A stretch of 64,000 bases of DNA, from positions 18,538,001 through 18,602,000 of the forward strand of contig OZ024755.1 of assembly GCA_964016885.1 (NCBI GenBank). Reading direction: 5' to 3'. Shown here piece by piece: positions 26,080 through 39,468 of the stretch. Numbering within the stretch: position 1 is the stretch's first letter; each line of letters begins with the position of its first letter. The notes beneath the pieces were generated by a model, which saw nothing but the letters and a program-made list of their open reading frames with translations, was not told the origin of the DNA and searched no databases. Both the position numbers and the translations under genes were made by a program. The DNA is from Eledone cirrhosa. Taxonomy: Eukaryota.

Positions 26080-26424
26080 ATCATCATCATCATCATCATC
26101 ATTTTACGTCCGCTTTTCCCTACTTGCAAGGGTGGGACGGGAACTGATTCTGGCTTGATTTCTACAGCTGGATGCCCTTCCTAACACCAACCTCATTTAC
26201 AGTGAGTGCTGGGTGCTTTTTTGCCGTGGCACCTCCACGACCACTTTGCAGTGGAATGATAGGGACACCAGTCCCTATCATCTCATTTCTACAGCTGAGT
26301 AAACTGGAGCAATGTGAAATAAAGTGTCTTGCTTAAGGAAACAACACATCACCCGGTCTGAGAATTGAACTCACAACCTTTCGATTGCAAGGCCAATGCT
26401 CTAACCACTAAGCCATGTGCCTCC
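26080..26424 (-). mobile_element. SINE family B (~340 bp), full length
   Basis: tRNA head with A box tggcttagtgg and B box gagttcaattc, CORE-like domain, internal hairpin, RTE-like tail plus (TGA)n. Confidence 0.92.
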
Positions 26425-26465
26425 ATATATATATATATGTGTGTGTGTATATTATTATATATATT

Positions 26466-26654
26466 AGTGGATTGGCACTATCGGTAGAGGGTCGGACGCT
26501 ATGCTTTGACGCATAGAGTTACAGCCCTTGCCATTCTGAGTTCAAATCCCGCTGAGGTTAACTTTGCTTTTCATCCTTACGGGGTCGATAAAATAAAGTA
26601 CCAGTAATACACTGGGATAATTGCTGGCCTTGTGCCAAAAGTAGAAACAATTAT

Positions 26655-26657
<3 letters not shown>
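26466..26657 (+). mobile_element. SINE family A
   Basis: Match to consensus. Confidence 0.9.
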
Positions 26658-26695
<38 letters not shown>

Positions 26696-26705
26696 GTATA
26701 TATAT

Positions 26706-26908
26706 GAAAAGCTTCAGGACCACGGCGGCTGAGCTCTGGACCATGGGGCAGGTAGATATGAATAGTTCAGATCTAGCTGTCTAAATGGCCGGAGCTCAGC
26801 CATCGGGATCCTGAATATTTTCATATTACCCACTCTGCTACCCCAATTATTGAGTACTCTGGTGTGTTATGGTCCACCTGGTATCTTACCACACCCTCTT
26901 TGTTTTAT
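26706..26908 (+). mobile_element. Diverged family E fold-back element
   Basis: Same unique arm (attacccactct...tattgagtact...ttaccac) as 19577-19655 with a diverged hairpin. Confidence 0.65.
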
Positions 26909-26918
26909 ATATATATAT

Positions 26919-27262
26919 GGAGGCACATGGCTTAGTGGTTAGAGCATTGGCCTTGCAATCAAAAGGTTGTGAGTTCAATTCTCAGACCGGGTGATGTGTT
27001 GTTTCCTTGAGCAAGACACTTTATTTCACATTGCTCCAGTTTACTCAGCTGTAGAAATGAGATGATAGGGACTGGGGTCCCTATCATTCCACTGTAAAGT
27101 GGTCGTGGAGGTGCCACGGCAAAAAAGCACCCAGCACTCACTGTAAATGAGGTTGGTGTTAGGAAGGGCATCCAGCTGTAGAAATCAAGCCAGAATCAGT
27201 TCCCGTCCCACCCTTGCAAGCAGGGAAAAGCGGACGTAAAAAAAAAAAAAAAATGAGATGAT
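26919..27262 (+). mobile_element. SINE family B, full length
   Basis: Reverse complement of 26080-26424 with few differences. Confidence 0.92.
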
Positions 27263-27267
27263 ATATA

Positions 27268-27607
27268 TGGTAAAGACTCCCTTCAGTCACGAACGACCAT
27301 TGGGATTTGCACCCAGAAAGTTCCCCTCCGAGGCACAAGTCCGGGCAATGCTGTTTGTGGAAGATCTAGCAGTCACCCATGCATACCAGTTACTCCTCTC
27401 CATGCCACCGATGTTGTCCAAGGGAAAGGCAATGGCCGATACAGCTTGGCACCAGGGACATCGCAACTCATTTCTACAGCAGAGTGAACTGGAGCAACGT
27501 GAAATAAAGTGTCTTGCTCAAGAACACAACGCAAAGCCCAGTCTGAGAATCAAACTCACAACTTCAGGATTGTAAGCTCGGCACCCTAACCATTAAACCA
27601 TGCACCT
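27268..27607 (-). mobile_element. CORE-type SINE with a different 3' body
   Basis: tRNA head and CORE-like block shared with SINE B; related fragment at 24330-24510. Confidence 0.7.
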
Positions 27608-28111
27608 TATATATTCGACCTTGGCAGTATGAAATGTAAAGTCAACCTTGACAGAAGTTGAGTATAAAACTAAACACCACAAGGTATTTTATTTGACACT
27701 TATAACTTCTGCTAATAATCCGTCATCTGGTTTTTCTTTCTTTTTTTGTTTCGTTTTTAATCTAATTAGCAGTGAAGACAAATTTACAAATCACTTCCTT
27801 CTCAATACTGTAGCCAGAAGACAAATTTGTACTGACAGAATGATTCATCAACTTAATTATACCATACTATTTTATACTCATGTTATTACATAACCCATTA
27901 TTATTATTATTGTTATTATTTTATGAATGCTATTAATGTTACTTAATAGTTTTTCTTCTTCAAGCCAAAAGAAAAAAAAAAAAGGAAAATTGAAAAAAAA
28001 ATATTAAGAAAATAAAGCAAGAAATATCCTTGTTGAAACAATAAAATTAAATGAAATAGTGACTTGTATAACAAACTAGATCATGTAACGTTTAATTCAG
28101 CAGAAATTACA

Positions 28112-28875
28112 GCCAGTGATGATAAAGATACTTTAAGCAAGTGAGGGGTAGCAATTTAGTGTAAATGCTGTCAGTGATATAGATACCTTAAGCAAGTGAG
28201 AGGTAGCAATTTAGTGTAAATACTGTCAGTGATATAGATACCTTAAGCAAGTGAGAGGTAGCAATTTAGTGTAAATGCTGTCAATGATATAGATACCTTA
28301 AGCAAGTGAGAGGTAGCAATTTAGTGTAAATGCTGTCAGTGATATAGATACCTTAAGCAAGTGAGGGGTAGCAATTTAGTGTAAATACTGTCAGTGATAT
28401 AGATACCTTAAGCAAGTGAGAGGTAGCAATTTAGTGTAAATACTGTCAGTGATATAGATACCTTAAGCAAGTGAGAGGTAGCAATTTAGTGTAAATGCTG
28501 TCAATGATATAGATACCTTAAGCAAGTGAGAGGTAGCAATTTAGTGTAAATGCTGTCAGTGATATAGATACCTTAAGCAAGTGAGAGGTAGCAATTTAGT
28601 GTAAATGCTGTCAGTGATATAGATACTTTAAGCAAGGGAGAGGTAGCAATTTAGTGTAAATGCTGTCAGTGATAAAGATACCTTAAGCAAGTGAGAGGTA
28701 GCAATTTAGTGTAAATGATGTCAGTGATAAAGATACCTTAAGCAAGTGAGAGGTAGCAATTTAGTGTAAATGCTGTCAGTGATATAGATACCTTAAGCAA
28801 GTGAGAGGTAGCAATTTAGTGTAAATGCTGTCAATGATATAGATACCTTAAGGTAGCAATGTAGTGTAAATACTA
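28112..28875. repeat. Minisatellite, 55-bp unit (gatatagataccttaagcaagtgagaggtagcaatttagtgtaaatgctgtcagt), ~13.5 copies
   Basis: 55-nt periodicity (28231, 28451, 28561, 28781). Confidence 0.95.
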
Positions 28876-28882
28876 ACTATCA

Positions 28883-29134
28883 GTAAAGGGCCGTAATTCT
28901 ATGCGTCAAAGCATGGCGTCCGACCTACCGATACTGCCAACTAATAATAATAATAATTGTTTCTACTTTTAGCACAAGGCCAGCAATTATCCCAGTGCAT
29001 TACTGGTACTTTATTTTATCGACCCGTAAGGATGAAAGGCAAAGTTAACCTCAGCAGGATTTGAACTCAGACTGTAAAGGGGCGTAACTCTATGCTGCAG
29101 AGCATGGCGTCCGACCCTCTACCGATACCTGCCA
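28883..29134 (-). mobile_element. SINE-A full copy (28950-29134) plus adjacent 5' fragment (28883-28940)
   Basis: Match to consensus. Confidence 0.85.
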
Positions 29135-30354
29135 AACAGGGCCAACAATTTTGGGAGACGAGGAAAGTCGATTGATATCAGCTTCTTTGGCTGCACAACA
29201 ATGTAATATTAGATTTAACAGAATTTAGTTCTGTTCATCATTTCTCAAACTGGTTCTTCTAACAAAAAGGGTTTTGTTTTGAGAAACAAAACCCTTTTTC
29301 TGTCTTTATTTTTGTAGTACATGAAGAAAAAAGAAAAAGGAAACAAAAAAACCTTGAATTATTCAGAAATCATTGAGATATGAAAAAGTGTGTGGTGTGT
29401 ATAGTGTGTGTGTATGTGTGGTGTGTGTATGTGTGGTGTGGTGTGTGCGTGTGTGTGTGTATGTAATGTGTGTGTATGTAATGTGTGGTGTGTGTATGTG
29501 TGGTGTGTATGTGTGTGTGTGGTGTATGATGTGTGGTGTGTATGTGTGTATGTAGGTATGTGTGGTGTGTATGTATGTATGTGTGGTGTGTATGTGTGTG
29601 TATGTGTGGTGTGTGTATGTGTGTGTATGTATGTGTGGTATGTGATGTGTGGTGTGTATGTATGTATGTATGTGGTGCGTATGTGTATGTGTGTGTATGT
29701 GTGGTGTGTGTATGTGTGTGTATGCATGTGTGGTATATGATGTGTGGTGTGTATGTGTATGTATGTATGTACGTGTGTGTATGTATGTGTGGTGTGTATA
29801 TGTGTATATAACTACATAATTTCATGCAAGTATCTGATTGATGCAAACAATTTTTAATGGAAATGATGTAGAAGTATAAATGAGGAAAGTACATGTATAT
29901 ATTCACACACATACACACACCACATATATATATATACACACACCACATATGTATATACACACACCACATATGTATATACACACACATGCACACACACCAT
30001 ATATATACACACACACACACATATATATACACACACACACATATATACACACACACACCATATATACACACACACACACACCATATATACACACACACAC
30101 ACATGCACACACCATATATATATACACACACCATATATATACACACACGCACACATATATATATATACACACACGCACACATATATACATACACGCACAC
30201 ACATATACACGCACACACATCTATACAGTAAATTTATCGACAAGAATAATAAGGATAGAATTTGATGACTATAGAGTTGTATATGTGTGTATATATATAT
30301 ATACACATACACACACACACACATATATACACACACGCACACATATACACACAC

Positions 30355-30513
30355 ATGGACACACTGGAAGGGGAAGACCGAGGTTAACGTATGTCGATGC
30401 CCTAAGGACAGACACTGGTCTGTTGGAGACGCAGGACATGGCAGCAATAATGAGGGACAGAGACCGCTGGAGAGAACTCGTCCATGGATCTCGGGAATTT
30501 TACCCGCCCTATA
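30355..30513 (+). mobile_element. RTE-like LINE extreme 3' fragment
   Basis: GRGRPRLTYVDALRTDTG...MRDRDRWRELV; its terminus also occurs at 2575-2603 (-). Confidence 0.75.
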
Positions 30514-30814
30514 TAGATATATATATATATATGTGTATGTGTGTGTGTGTGTATGCATGCACACAAAGACACACATGCACAAACAGACACACATACAAAC
30601 ACAGACACACATGCACAAACACAGACACAATATTTTCTGAGACAGTATTGCTAGTTGAAAACTGATATTATAATCACATACATATATGGCTGTATTTACA
30701 TAGCAAGACAAAGGGAGGGGAAAGTGTGGGGGGGGGGGGGGCAACTAGAGGGAAAGATTATTAGAATTATATGGGATAGATGGCTACATAAGAATCATAA
30801 CTGAGTCACTAGAG

Positions 30815-31168
30815 CAGTTATGGGCAACCTGTGGCCCCACGAGCTGCACGTGGCCTATTTGGATTTCTGAATATTTTAGTAGTGTGGCTTGCCTTATAAT
30901 GAGCCACATCATATGCCCCCCCCCCCTTATGGTGAGCCACATCCTATGGGTCCCACCTTCTGATAACCCACAACCTATGGAGTCCACCTAATAATGAGCC
31001 ACATCCTATGCCCCCCCCCCTTATGGTGAGCCACATCCAATGGGGCCCACCTAATAATGAGCCACATCCTATGGGGCTCACCTTATGATGAGCCACATCC
31101 TATGGGGCCCACATTGTGATGAGCCCATTCTATGTAGCCCACTGCTTGAAAAAGGTTGCGCATGATAG
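30815..31168 (+). mobile_element. hAT-type MITE with internal ~30-bp tandem array
   Basis: 8-bp TSD cactagag (30807-14, 31169-76); imperfect TIR cagttatgggcaacct/aggttgcgcatgatag; internal atgagccacatcctatgggg repeats. Confidence 0.82.
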
Positions 31169-31369
31169 CACTAGAGTATCAGTCCCAAACTGAAAAGTCT
31201 ATGTTTGATATGCCATCTCTGGCACACAATTCTGTGTTGTTCCCAGTCAACACAACTGACAATTGTTTAGGTCATTAGGTAATTGTATTGAAAATATGTT
31301 CACTAGCATTAGAACCAGAGAAGGCAGTGTAACAAGTGAATATTTAACAAGCTAACATCAAATTGATGG

Positions 31370-31575
31370 ACAGATTTTATGGGCAAAACCAACTGGCAGG
31401 AGACCAAGGGGTAGACCCTAAGTAAGATAGTTGGATAACGTCCATGAGCTTGGCTGGTTTTGTCTGGAGATCCAGTTGGATCAATTGGAAATGGCTGCTT
31501 CTGACAGAACCCACTGGAAGGTGTGTTTCGTGACTCTGCCCCCATGGCCCTCCCAGGAATAAATGGATGAAGAAA
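31370..31575 (+). mobile_element. Decayed RTE LINE 3' fragment
   Basis: ILWAKPTGRRPRGRP...ASDRTHWK; shorter related copy at 58248-58355. Confidence 0.75.
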
Positions 31576-31880
31576 AAGATCAAATCAGTTCACGGGTGAA
31601 TTCTACAAGGTTCTATGAAAGAAACATAAAAGTGTGTCAAAATTCCATAACCAAACCTCTTGATAGCAGACCACTTAAAATCACTCCTGGTTCTCCCATA
31701 CTAAGCTGATTAGTTTAATGTTTTTATATCTGTTTAAAAACCTTCCCAGATATTTGTATGTAAGTACCTTTGTTAAGTTATACTTAGAGAGTTAGTTATA
31801 TTACTAAGTCCCTCAAAATTCTTGGTAGTTTTTAAAATGTTTTGAAAATTACAGGCAGTGTCTTTCATTAGAATTATAGT

Positions 31881-32263
31881 TGCTTCTACTTTTGGCACAA
31901 GGCCAGCAATTAACCAGTGCATTACTGGTACTTTATTTTATCGACCCCGTAAGGATGAAAGGCAAAGTTAACCTCGGCGGGATTTGAACTCAGAATGGCA
32001 AGGGCCATAACTCTATGCATCAAAGCATGGCGTCTGAACCCTCTACCGATACTGCCAAGCCACCGCCCTTAAAATAATTGTTTCTACTTTTGGCACAAGG
32101 CCAGCAATTACCCAGTGCATTACTGGTACTTTATTTTATCGACCCCGTAAGGATGAAAGGCAAAGTCAACCTCGGCGGGATTTGAACTCAGAATGGCAAG
32201 GGCCGTAACTCTATGCGTCAAAGCATGGCGTCCGAACCCTCTACCGATACTGCCAATCCACTG
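31881..32263 (-). mobile_element. Head-to-tail SINE-A dimer inside a single 16-bp TSD
   Basis: Monomers 31881-32069 and 32074-32262; TSD tcattagaattatagt at 31865-80 and 32264-79. Confidence 0.9.
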
Positions 32264-32635
32264 TCATTAGAATTATAGTATTGAAAGGGTTAATGTGTTA
32301 AAAGTGGGATGAGCTCCTTCTCATGAGAATGTTATCAGTAACAGTGGTTGTTGATAAAAAGAAAATTATGTTAGTAATATTCTTAAACAGTAATTTCTTG
32401 TAGACACTGATACCTCCATACTACCAACTCATCTTAAATGATTCTGCAAATTCAATCAAGGCAAGTGAAGTGGGGCCAAAAAAACTCCCTTGGGCTTCAA
32501 TGAAGAAATCTACTACAAATGTTAGATATTTCATCATTCCTTATAGCAACTTAATACAGTTCATGTTGTATTTATCTTCTTCTGTTTCTCTGTTATTTAC
32601 ATTTATACAGAAGACACCCTGAGTAATGTTTGTAG

Positions 32636-33120
32636 CTTAACATTGTAAGGTTACTGCATATTTCTTTGTGCAACTGTAGTAATCTAAACATTGTAAGGGT
32701 ACTGCATATTTCCTTGTGCAACTGTAGTAATCTAAACATTGTAAGGGTACTGTACTGCATATCTCCTGTGCAACTGTAGTAATCTAAACATTGTAAGGGT
32801 ACTGCATATTTCTTTGTGCAACTGTAGTAATCTAAACATTGTAAGGGTACTGTACTGCATATCTCCTGTGCAACTGTAGTAATCTAAACATTGTAAGGGT
32901 ACTGCATATTTCCTTGTGCAACTGTAGTAATCTAAACATTGTAAGGGTACTGTACTGCATATCTCCTGTGCAACTGTAGTAATCTAAACATTGTAAGGGT
33001 ACTGCATATTTCCTTGTGCAACTGTAGTAATCTAAACATTGTAAGGGTACTGCATATTTCCTTGTGCAACTGTAATAATCTAAACATTGTAAGGGTACTG
33101 CATATTTCCTTGTGCAACCA
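32636..33120. repeat. Minisatellite with alternating 48- and 52-bp units
   Basis: A/B alternation giving a 100-bp higher-order period (32686, 32786, 32886). Confidence 0.92.
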
Positions 33121-34646
33121 TAGAAATCTTATATATTGGAAAACTGCGAAGTAGTTGTGCAATATATATGCCTCATCATCATCATCATCATCATCATTAT
33201 ACTGCTACTATGGCAGCCACTGTCTTTGTCATTGCCCTAATGTTATTAATAAGGGTTTCAATTCAAGACACTTTAAACATTAATATTCTCTTGATTATAA
33301 CACAGCCTTTCTTATGCTTGACCCACAAGCATGCCTTAGTGGTTAGAGAATTGAATTCACAATCGTGAGATTGTGAGTTTGATTCCTGGACTGGACAATG
33401 CATTATGTCCTTGAACAAGGCACTTTATTTCACATTGCCCTTTCTGCCAGGAGTTGCAACAAGTAGATACAGTCAACAATGGGAAAACCAATGGAAACAT
33501 TGTTTCCTTGGTTTGATTTGATAAGTTCCAGCTCAATTGGTCAGCAAATGAGGTCAGGGATCTTGACGATCTATTCAATCGATCAATAACATAACTATGA
33601 TTGACTGAAAAACACCATTCGGGATTTATCGCCCCCAAGTTACACAAACAATCTCTAATTATTTCCACCATTGAAAATACAGGGAACCAATGATTGACTC
33701 ATATGAAGCTGACAACCAACATTGCTAATGTTTACAAAATTCAAAATGCAGGATGAGTGGAGGGTGGATTGTTAGTTTCTGTACATATTTTATCAGTATA
33801 ATGTATAAGACTATGCAGATATATACAGCATTAAAAAGAAGAAAAAAGGGGGCTGGAGGTGGGAATAGATAGAAGAAAAAGGGGGAATACTAAAGAAGAA
33901 AAAATGTGGTGGAGAGAAGATCTGCACACTCAAACACACCCTAAAAGATGTGCTGGAGCCTTCCTCTAATAATTTTTGCAGCAAGCCAACATACTTGTAG
34001 CATTGGCATGGGTGATAGCGAGGCTAGGAGACTGCAATAACCAAGTACCCTGATACCTTGGTTAGGCAAGTCACCAACAATGACAAGAACTTTGTTTTTG
34101 GCAGACCAGCTCCCCGCAAACATTTCGAATGCCACAAACTGTGTGTCAAATTGATGTAAACTAAAACTATATTTCCTGAAAGCTGTTACAGAAATACATA
34201 TTAATACATCACACCATTTATATAGCTATGGAACTGTTCGTCTCATATTGCCTTGTTCTATATAAAAAGAAACCAATATAATGAAAAGTACTGCATATAT
34301 TTTTGGCACTCTAAGTATCATTGTCATCATCACTTTAATGTACACTTTCCCTGCTAGTATCTTTAATACAGTTCTATAGAGATAGATTAAACATCAAGGC
34401 ATGCCTATTAAAATCTATACCTTCAAGCTTTTAACACAAATAGACTGAACAATTGTAGATGACATCAAGTAATGGAATAATATAGAGAAAACTCCATGCA
34501 GGCAATTATACATATAAAGAATATAAAATGGATATTACTTGCCAGCCATTCTCTACCGTTTACACTACTTTCAGTATAATCTTTCTAATTGAGGAACTTT
34601 TAAGATAAAACCTGTCTAGAATATGATATAAACTAAAATAGAATGA

Positions 34647-34695
<49 letters not shown>

Positions 34696-34730
34696 CACAT
34701 AGACACACACAGACATATAAAAACATAAAA

Positions 34731-35156
34731 CATCATTTTACGTCCACTTTTCCCTGCTTGCAAGGGTGGGATGGGAACTGATTCTGGCTTGATTTCTACA
34801 GCTGGATGCCCTTCCTAACACCAACCTCATTTGCAGTGAGTGTTAGGTACTTTTTTGCTGTGGCGTCTACACATCCACTTTACAGTGTGGGCTGGGTGCT
34901 TTTTTGCTGTGGCGTCTACAAATCCACTTTACAGTGTGGACTGGGTGCTTTTTTGTCGTGGCACCTCCACAATCAATTTGCAGTGGAATGATAGGGACCC
35001 CAGTCCCTATCATCTCATTTCTACAGCTGAGTAAACTGGAGCAATGTGAAATAAAGTGTCTTGCTCAAGGAAACAACACATCACCTGGTCTGAGAATTGA
35101 ACTCACAACCTTTCGATTGCCAGGCCAATGCTCTAACCACTAAGCCATGTGCCACC
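34731..35156 (-). mobile_element. SINE family B with triplicated 49-bp internal unit
   Basis: Unit starts at 34842, 34891, 34940. Confidence 0.9.
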
Positions 35157-35600
35157 ATATATAAATCAATTTAAATCGATATACAAAATATTGACTTGCT
35201 GAACCACACACACACACACACAATCCATACAAGCATTTAAAAATGATATATAAGTGTGTGTGTGTGTGTATGAAACAGAAGTTTCCTTCCATCACTAAGA
35301 GTTTTCTGTTTTCACTTTTCCCTAGTTATAAGGAAAAGCAGGACCCATAATCCAGAGTAGCAAGGGAAAGAAGCCTCACCTTTCATAAAATATAGTCGCT
35401 CTGTTATGTGTATTAAGTACTTTTGCATCCCATTTCTAAATTCAAACATGCGTGTATTCTTTATTCTACATACTCTTTGCACTGTGGGACATTCCCTTCA
35501 TTGACTGTTGACTGGATACACCCAACAATTTTTGGCACTTTACACATATATATTTATATAATTCAAATTAAAAGATATGTCTATATATTTATAAAAGGTA

Positions 35601-35658
<58 letters not shown>

Positions 35659-35804
35659 TTTATCCTGAGTTCAATCGGGGGTAACCACAGTAAGTAAGGT
35701 ACTCAATACATAGCAGACTATAAATATTTCTATATTAAATATATATATATATATACACACATATATATGTATATATACATATATATATGTATATAAATAT
35801 ATAC

Positions 35805-35836
<32 letters not shown>

Positions 35837-36554
35837 ATATACATATATATCTGTATATATATATATATATATATGTGTATATATACATATATCTGTATAT
35901 ATATATATATATGTATACATATATAGCCCAGCTTTCATTAGCCCCTGCTTCTATCACTACCTTACTCCCAGCCTGGCTGAGGGCAAAACAAGTGCTCTAG
36001 CGTTGAAAAGGAGACATGCTGGTGCCACAATAAAACACATCTGCTGCATGCGGTGAAGTGGTAGAAAAAGCATCCAGACATAGAATCCATGCCAAGATGG
36101 AACGTATGAGTAAGATGAAGTCACCTGAGCTATCTAACCTTAGAATGTGACAACACATCTAACTCATACAAGACTGGAAAATAGACATACAAAGGTGATG
36201 ATGATGATGAGAATGTGTGGGTGTGTGTGGGTGTGTTTATGTGTGTGAGTGTGTGGGTATGTTTGTGTGTATGTGTGTGGTGGGGGGGTTGTGTTCATAA
36301 GAAACATCACATACATTCTTCTCAAAAAGTACCAAATTATAAAGAGAATGTCAAATTTTTGTAAGGGCAAAGTTTTGGGTACCTTCAACCAACCTGGCCA
36401 AAATTGACTCTGGTTCTATGAAATAAAATCACCCATTCTAAAGGGTTCCAATTTGAATTAAAATCTTCCAACATAATTTTATATAAGAAATTTACATAAA
36501 GTTTCTATTATAGTAATGAAATAATAATTTTAGTAAATTGGTAAAATTACTTCA

Positions 36555-36953
36555 TTAACCCTTTAGCATTTACATTACTCTGTATTTACAATTATATTTT
36601 TGTGGTAAAGGCTTTACCCCACATAATTATCTCAGATAATATCGAAGCTATGGATTGACAGTATCGGTAGAGAGTCGGGCGCCGTGCTTTGCAGCATAGA
36701 GTTACGGTCCTTTATGGTCTGAGTTCAAATCCCACCGAGGTTAGCTTTGCCTTTCATCCTTACAGGGTTGATAAAATAAAGTACCAGTAATGCACTGGGG
36801 TAATTGCTGGCCTTGTGCCAAAAGTAGAAACAATTATTTATTTTGAGAACGATACCTTAAGATCTGTATGAGTGGCCAGTTACGGCTGGTTTGAACAGAA
36901 AGAGGTGAGAGAATTCTGGCCAGATTCAACTGGTGTAAATGCTAAAGGGTTAA
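36555..36953 (+). mobile_element. piggyBac-type MITE with nested SINE A (36651-36840)
   Basis: TTAA-ccctttagcattta...taaatgctaaaggg-TTAA; SINE interrupts the internal sequence. Confidence 0.88.
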
Positions 36954-37736
36954 TTAGTTGAAATAGAGTGTATTTCATTAGAAATGGGGTCATGAAAGGG
37001 TTAACAGAGTTAGCTTCATTGCTAGCATCTGGATGAAGTCTTTAGTCAAATGGGAGGTCCTTACAGCTGGATGGAATGGGCCATGGGCCATTGAAAACAA
37101 GTGAACATAAGAATGGTATTTTATATAAGATTTATAGTACTATGGACGAGTTGGACATCTTCACTATAGAACACTAAAGACCATTATTATATCAGTATAA
37201 CATTCATGTAGTATACTATTACAGAATCCTTTTAACAGACATCAAAAGACACAGTTCACTAAGTACAGATTACTCAGCAAATTAATGGATTGCTGTCAGG
37301 AAAAACATTCTTTACTAGATTTATATTAAATGATGTGTGCTACACAGTAGAGATGGTAATAAAAAAAGATTGATTATTGTGCGTGTGTGAATGTATATAT
37401 ATCATCATTTTACATCAGCTTTTCCCAGCTTGTAATGTATATAGTATATTTATGGTAATATTGGGCTTTTCCAATAAAAATCCTGGAAAAGATGAGAGAA
37501 GCTCGATGCTATCCAGTTTTCTTGATATTACATAATATTTACTTTAAAATATTTCCAATGATAAACAAATTTGTATAATTTTCTAGAGCAGAGCTGATAC
37601 CAAAGCCAAGCAGAATATGAATATGAGAAAAGTTGCTGCAGTCATTTATTTATATTAGAAGGGTTTCTAATTCTGTAAAATAGACCAAAGTCTTCTGAAG
37701 TAAACAATTTCACATATTTCTGTCACTAAAAATATT

Positions 37737-37830
37737 TGTTTCTACTTTAGGCACAAGGCCAGCAATTACCCAGTTCATTACTGGTACTTTATTTTATCGA
37801 CCCCCGTAAGGATGAAAGGCAAAGTCAACC
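37737..37830 (-). mobile_element. 5'-truncated SINE A with 18-bp TSD
   Basis: tctgtcactaaaaatatt at 37719-36 and 37831-48. Confidence 0.9.
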
Positions 37831-39252
37831 TCTGTCACTAAAAATATTGATACCCAACTATTAATAGGAGATTGTGGGGCTATGATAGAATTCCTTTACA
37901 TGACATTAAACTGAAAAACACAGACATTAAAACTATAAATGTGTAAGAAGAGTTTTATTTTGTAATGTTAAGGAACAATTCTATGACACAAGCTCTAAAA
38001 TTATTCTGGTATATTATAGGTGTAAAATGTATTTGCAGTGGGGAGTCCTATTTTACAAGAATGTACTTCCTCTGAAAGTAGGATTCCATGTGGTGTTACA
38101 TGGCTAGAAGAAAGTATTTCAGGAGTGGCAATACGATAAACTGTTAACAGATGTGGAATAGAAAGATTTAAGATAACTTAAAACCATTATCACATTTACA
38201 TACAATGGAGAGTAGATGGGCTGCACCAGGTTATAGATTCCCAAGAAATTCCCTATGTTACTACAGTGCTCCTACAACTCCACAAGGAGTTACAGGTCTT
38301 TACACACAATGTAATATAGTCTTTACAGAATAGAAGCTGATTATATTCAGAAAGATATTTGTAATTAAATGTCTGCATCATCTCAAAATAATATCCAGAC
38401 TGTTGGACTTATGGGATCCTTCCATTACTGTATTTCCTGGCACAGAAGACAGTTTTTTCCCAAAATTAAGTCTGGAAAATTTACCTTATGTCTTAGAAGC
38501 CCAAGATTACATTAATCAAAGACCAATTTTTTTTCACCCACCCTCAACTTTAGCGACTCAAAATGTGGGTGTATCCAATACATTTGAATATCTTCAATGT
38601 AAGGAAATATGATAATTTGATGCCACAAATAATAATCTCTTTAAAATAAACCATTTTAAGTATTTTTTATTTTACTGCTCAACCAGTGGGGATGGGGGGA
38701 AGGCAGTGCCCATGACTCTTCCAAAATTGGTGCTTCCAAAATTGGTGGAAAGTTTCCTTAAACTGGAGATCTGGTCCAAATGTTTGGAACAGAGTGGACT
38801 CTATAAAAGGTACCCAAAGGCCAAGTAGTGGCGTTAAAGTGGGCGATGAATTAAGTCTACCACCCATGTAGGGTACAGTAGGATTTGAACTCAGAATGCA
38901 AAGAACCAGAACAAATACTACAAGACATCTCACCCACAACACTAACAATGCCACCAGTCTGCAACTCTGATCTGGTACTTAATTTTATCAACCCTGAAAT
39001 GATGAAAAGCAAATTAACCTTGGTGGGATTTGAACTCAGAGCACAGAAAGCCCAAATAAACACCTCAATTTACTGATAGATAAGGTTAAAACTATAGAAA
39101 AATTATCTCAAGACCAAAAATGTGTTATATTAGATATCAAATGTGAAATGTGTTATATTAGATATCAAATGTGAAATATGTTTCTATGACAATAAACCTG
39201 TCATATAAATATCTTCTTCTTAGAGTGGAACTAAACATAAAGGCAGGAATGT

Positions 39253-39468
39253 TTAACCCTTTAACATTTACATTACTCTATATATACTATTATATTTTTG
39301 TGGTAAAGGCTTTATCTTACATAATATTGTATCTATGAAATTTTGATATTATTTATTTTGAGAACAATACCTTAATATCAGTATAAGCAGCCAGTTATGG
39401 CCGGTTTTAACAGAAAGAAGTGAGAGAATTCTGGCCGGATATGGCCAGTTTAAATGCTAAAGGGTTAA
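39253..39468 (+). mobile_element. piggyBac-type MITE
   Basis: TTAA flanks, TIR, same internal sequence as 23389 copy. Confidence 0.85.

Noticed and set aside
26919-26990. tRNA-like sequence as a tRNA gene
   Set aside because: It is the head of a multi-copy SINE with no complete cloverleaf acceptor stem
28112-28875. Regular repeat arrays (also 1-660, 22790-23388) as possible CRISPR
   Set aside because: No unique spacers, eukaryotic context, no cas genes
34806-35143. Recurrent MPFLTPTSFTVSAGCFF... ORFs as a small gene family
   Set aside because: Antisense translations of SINE B copies
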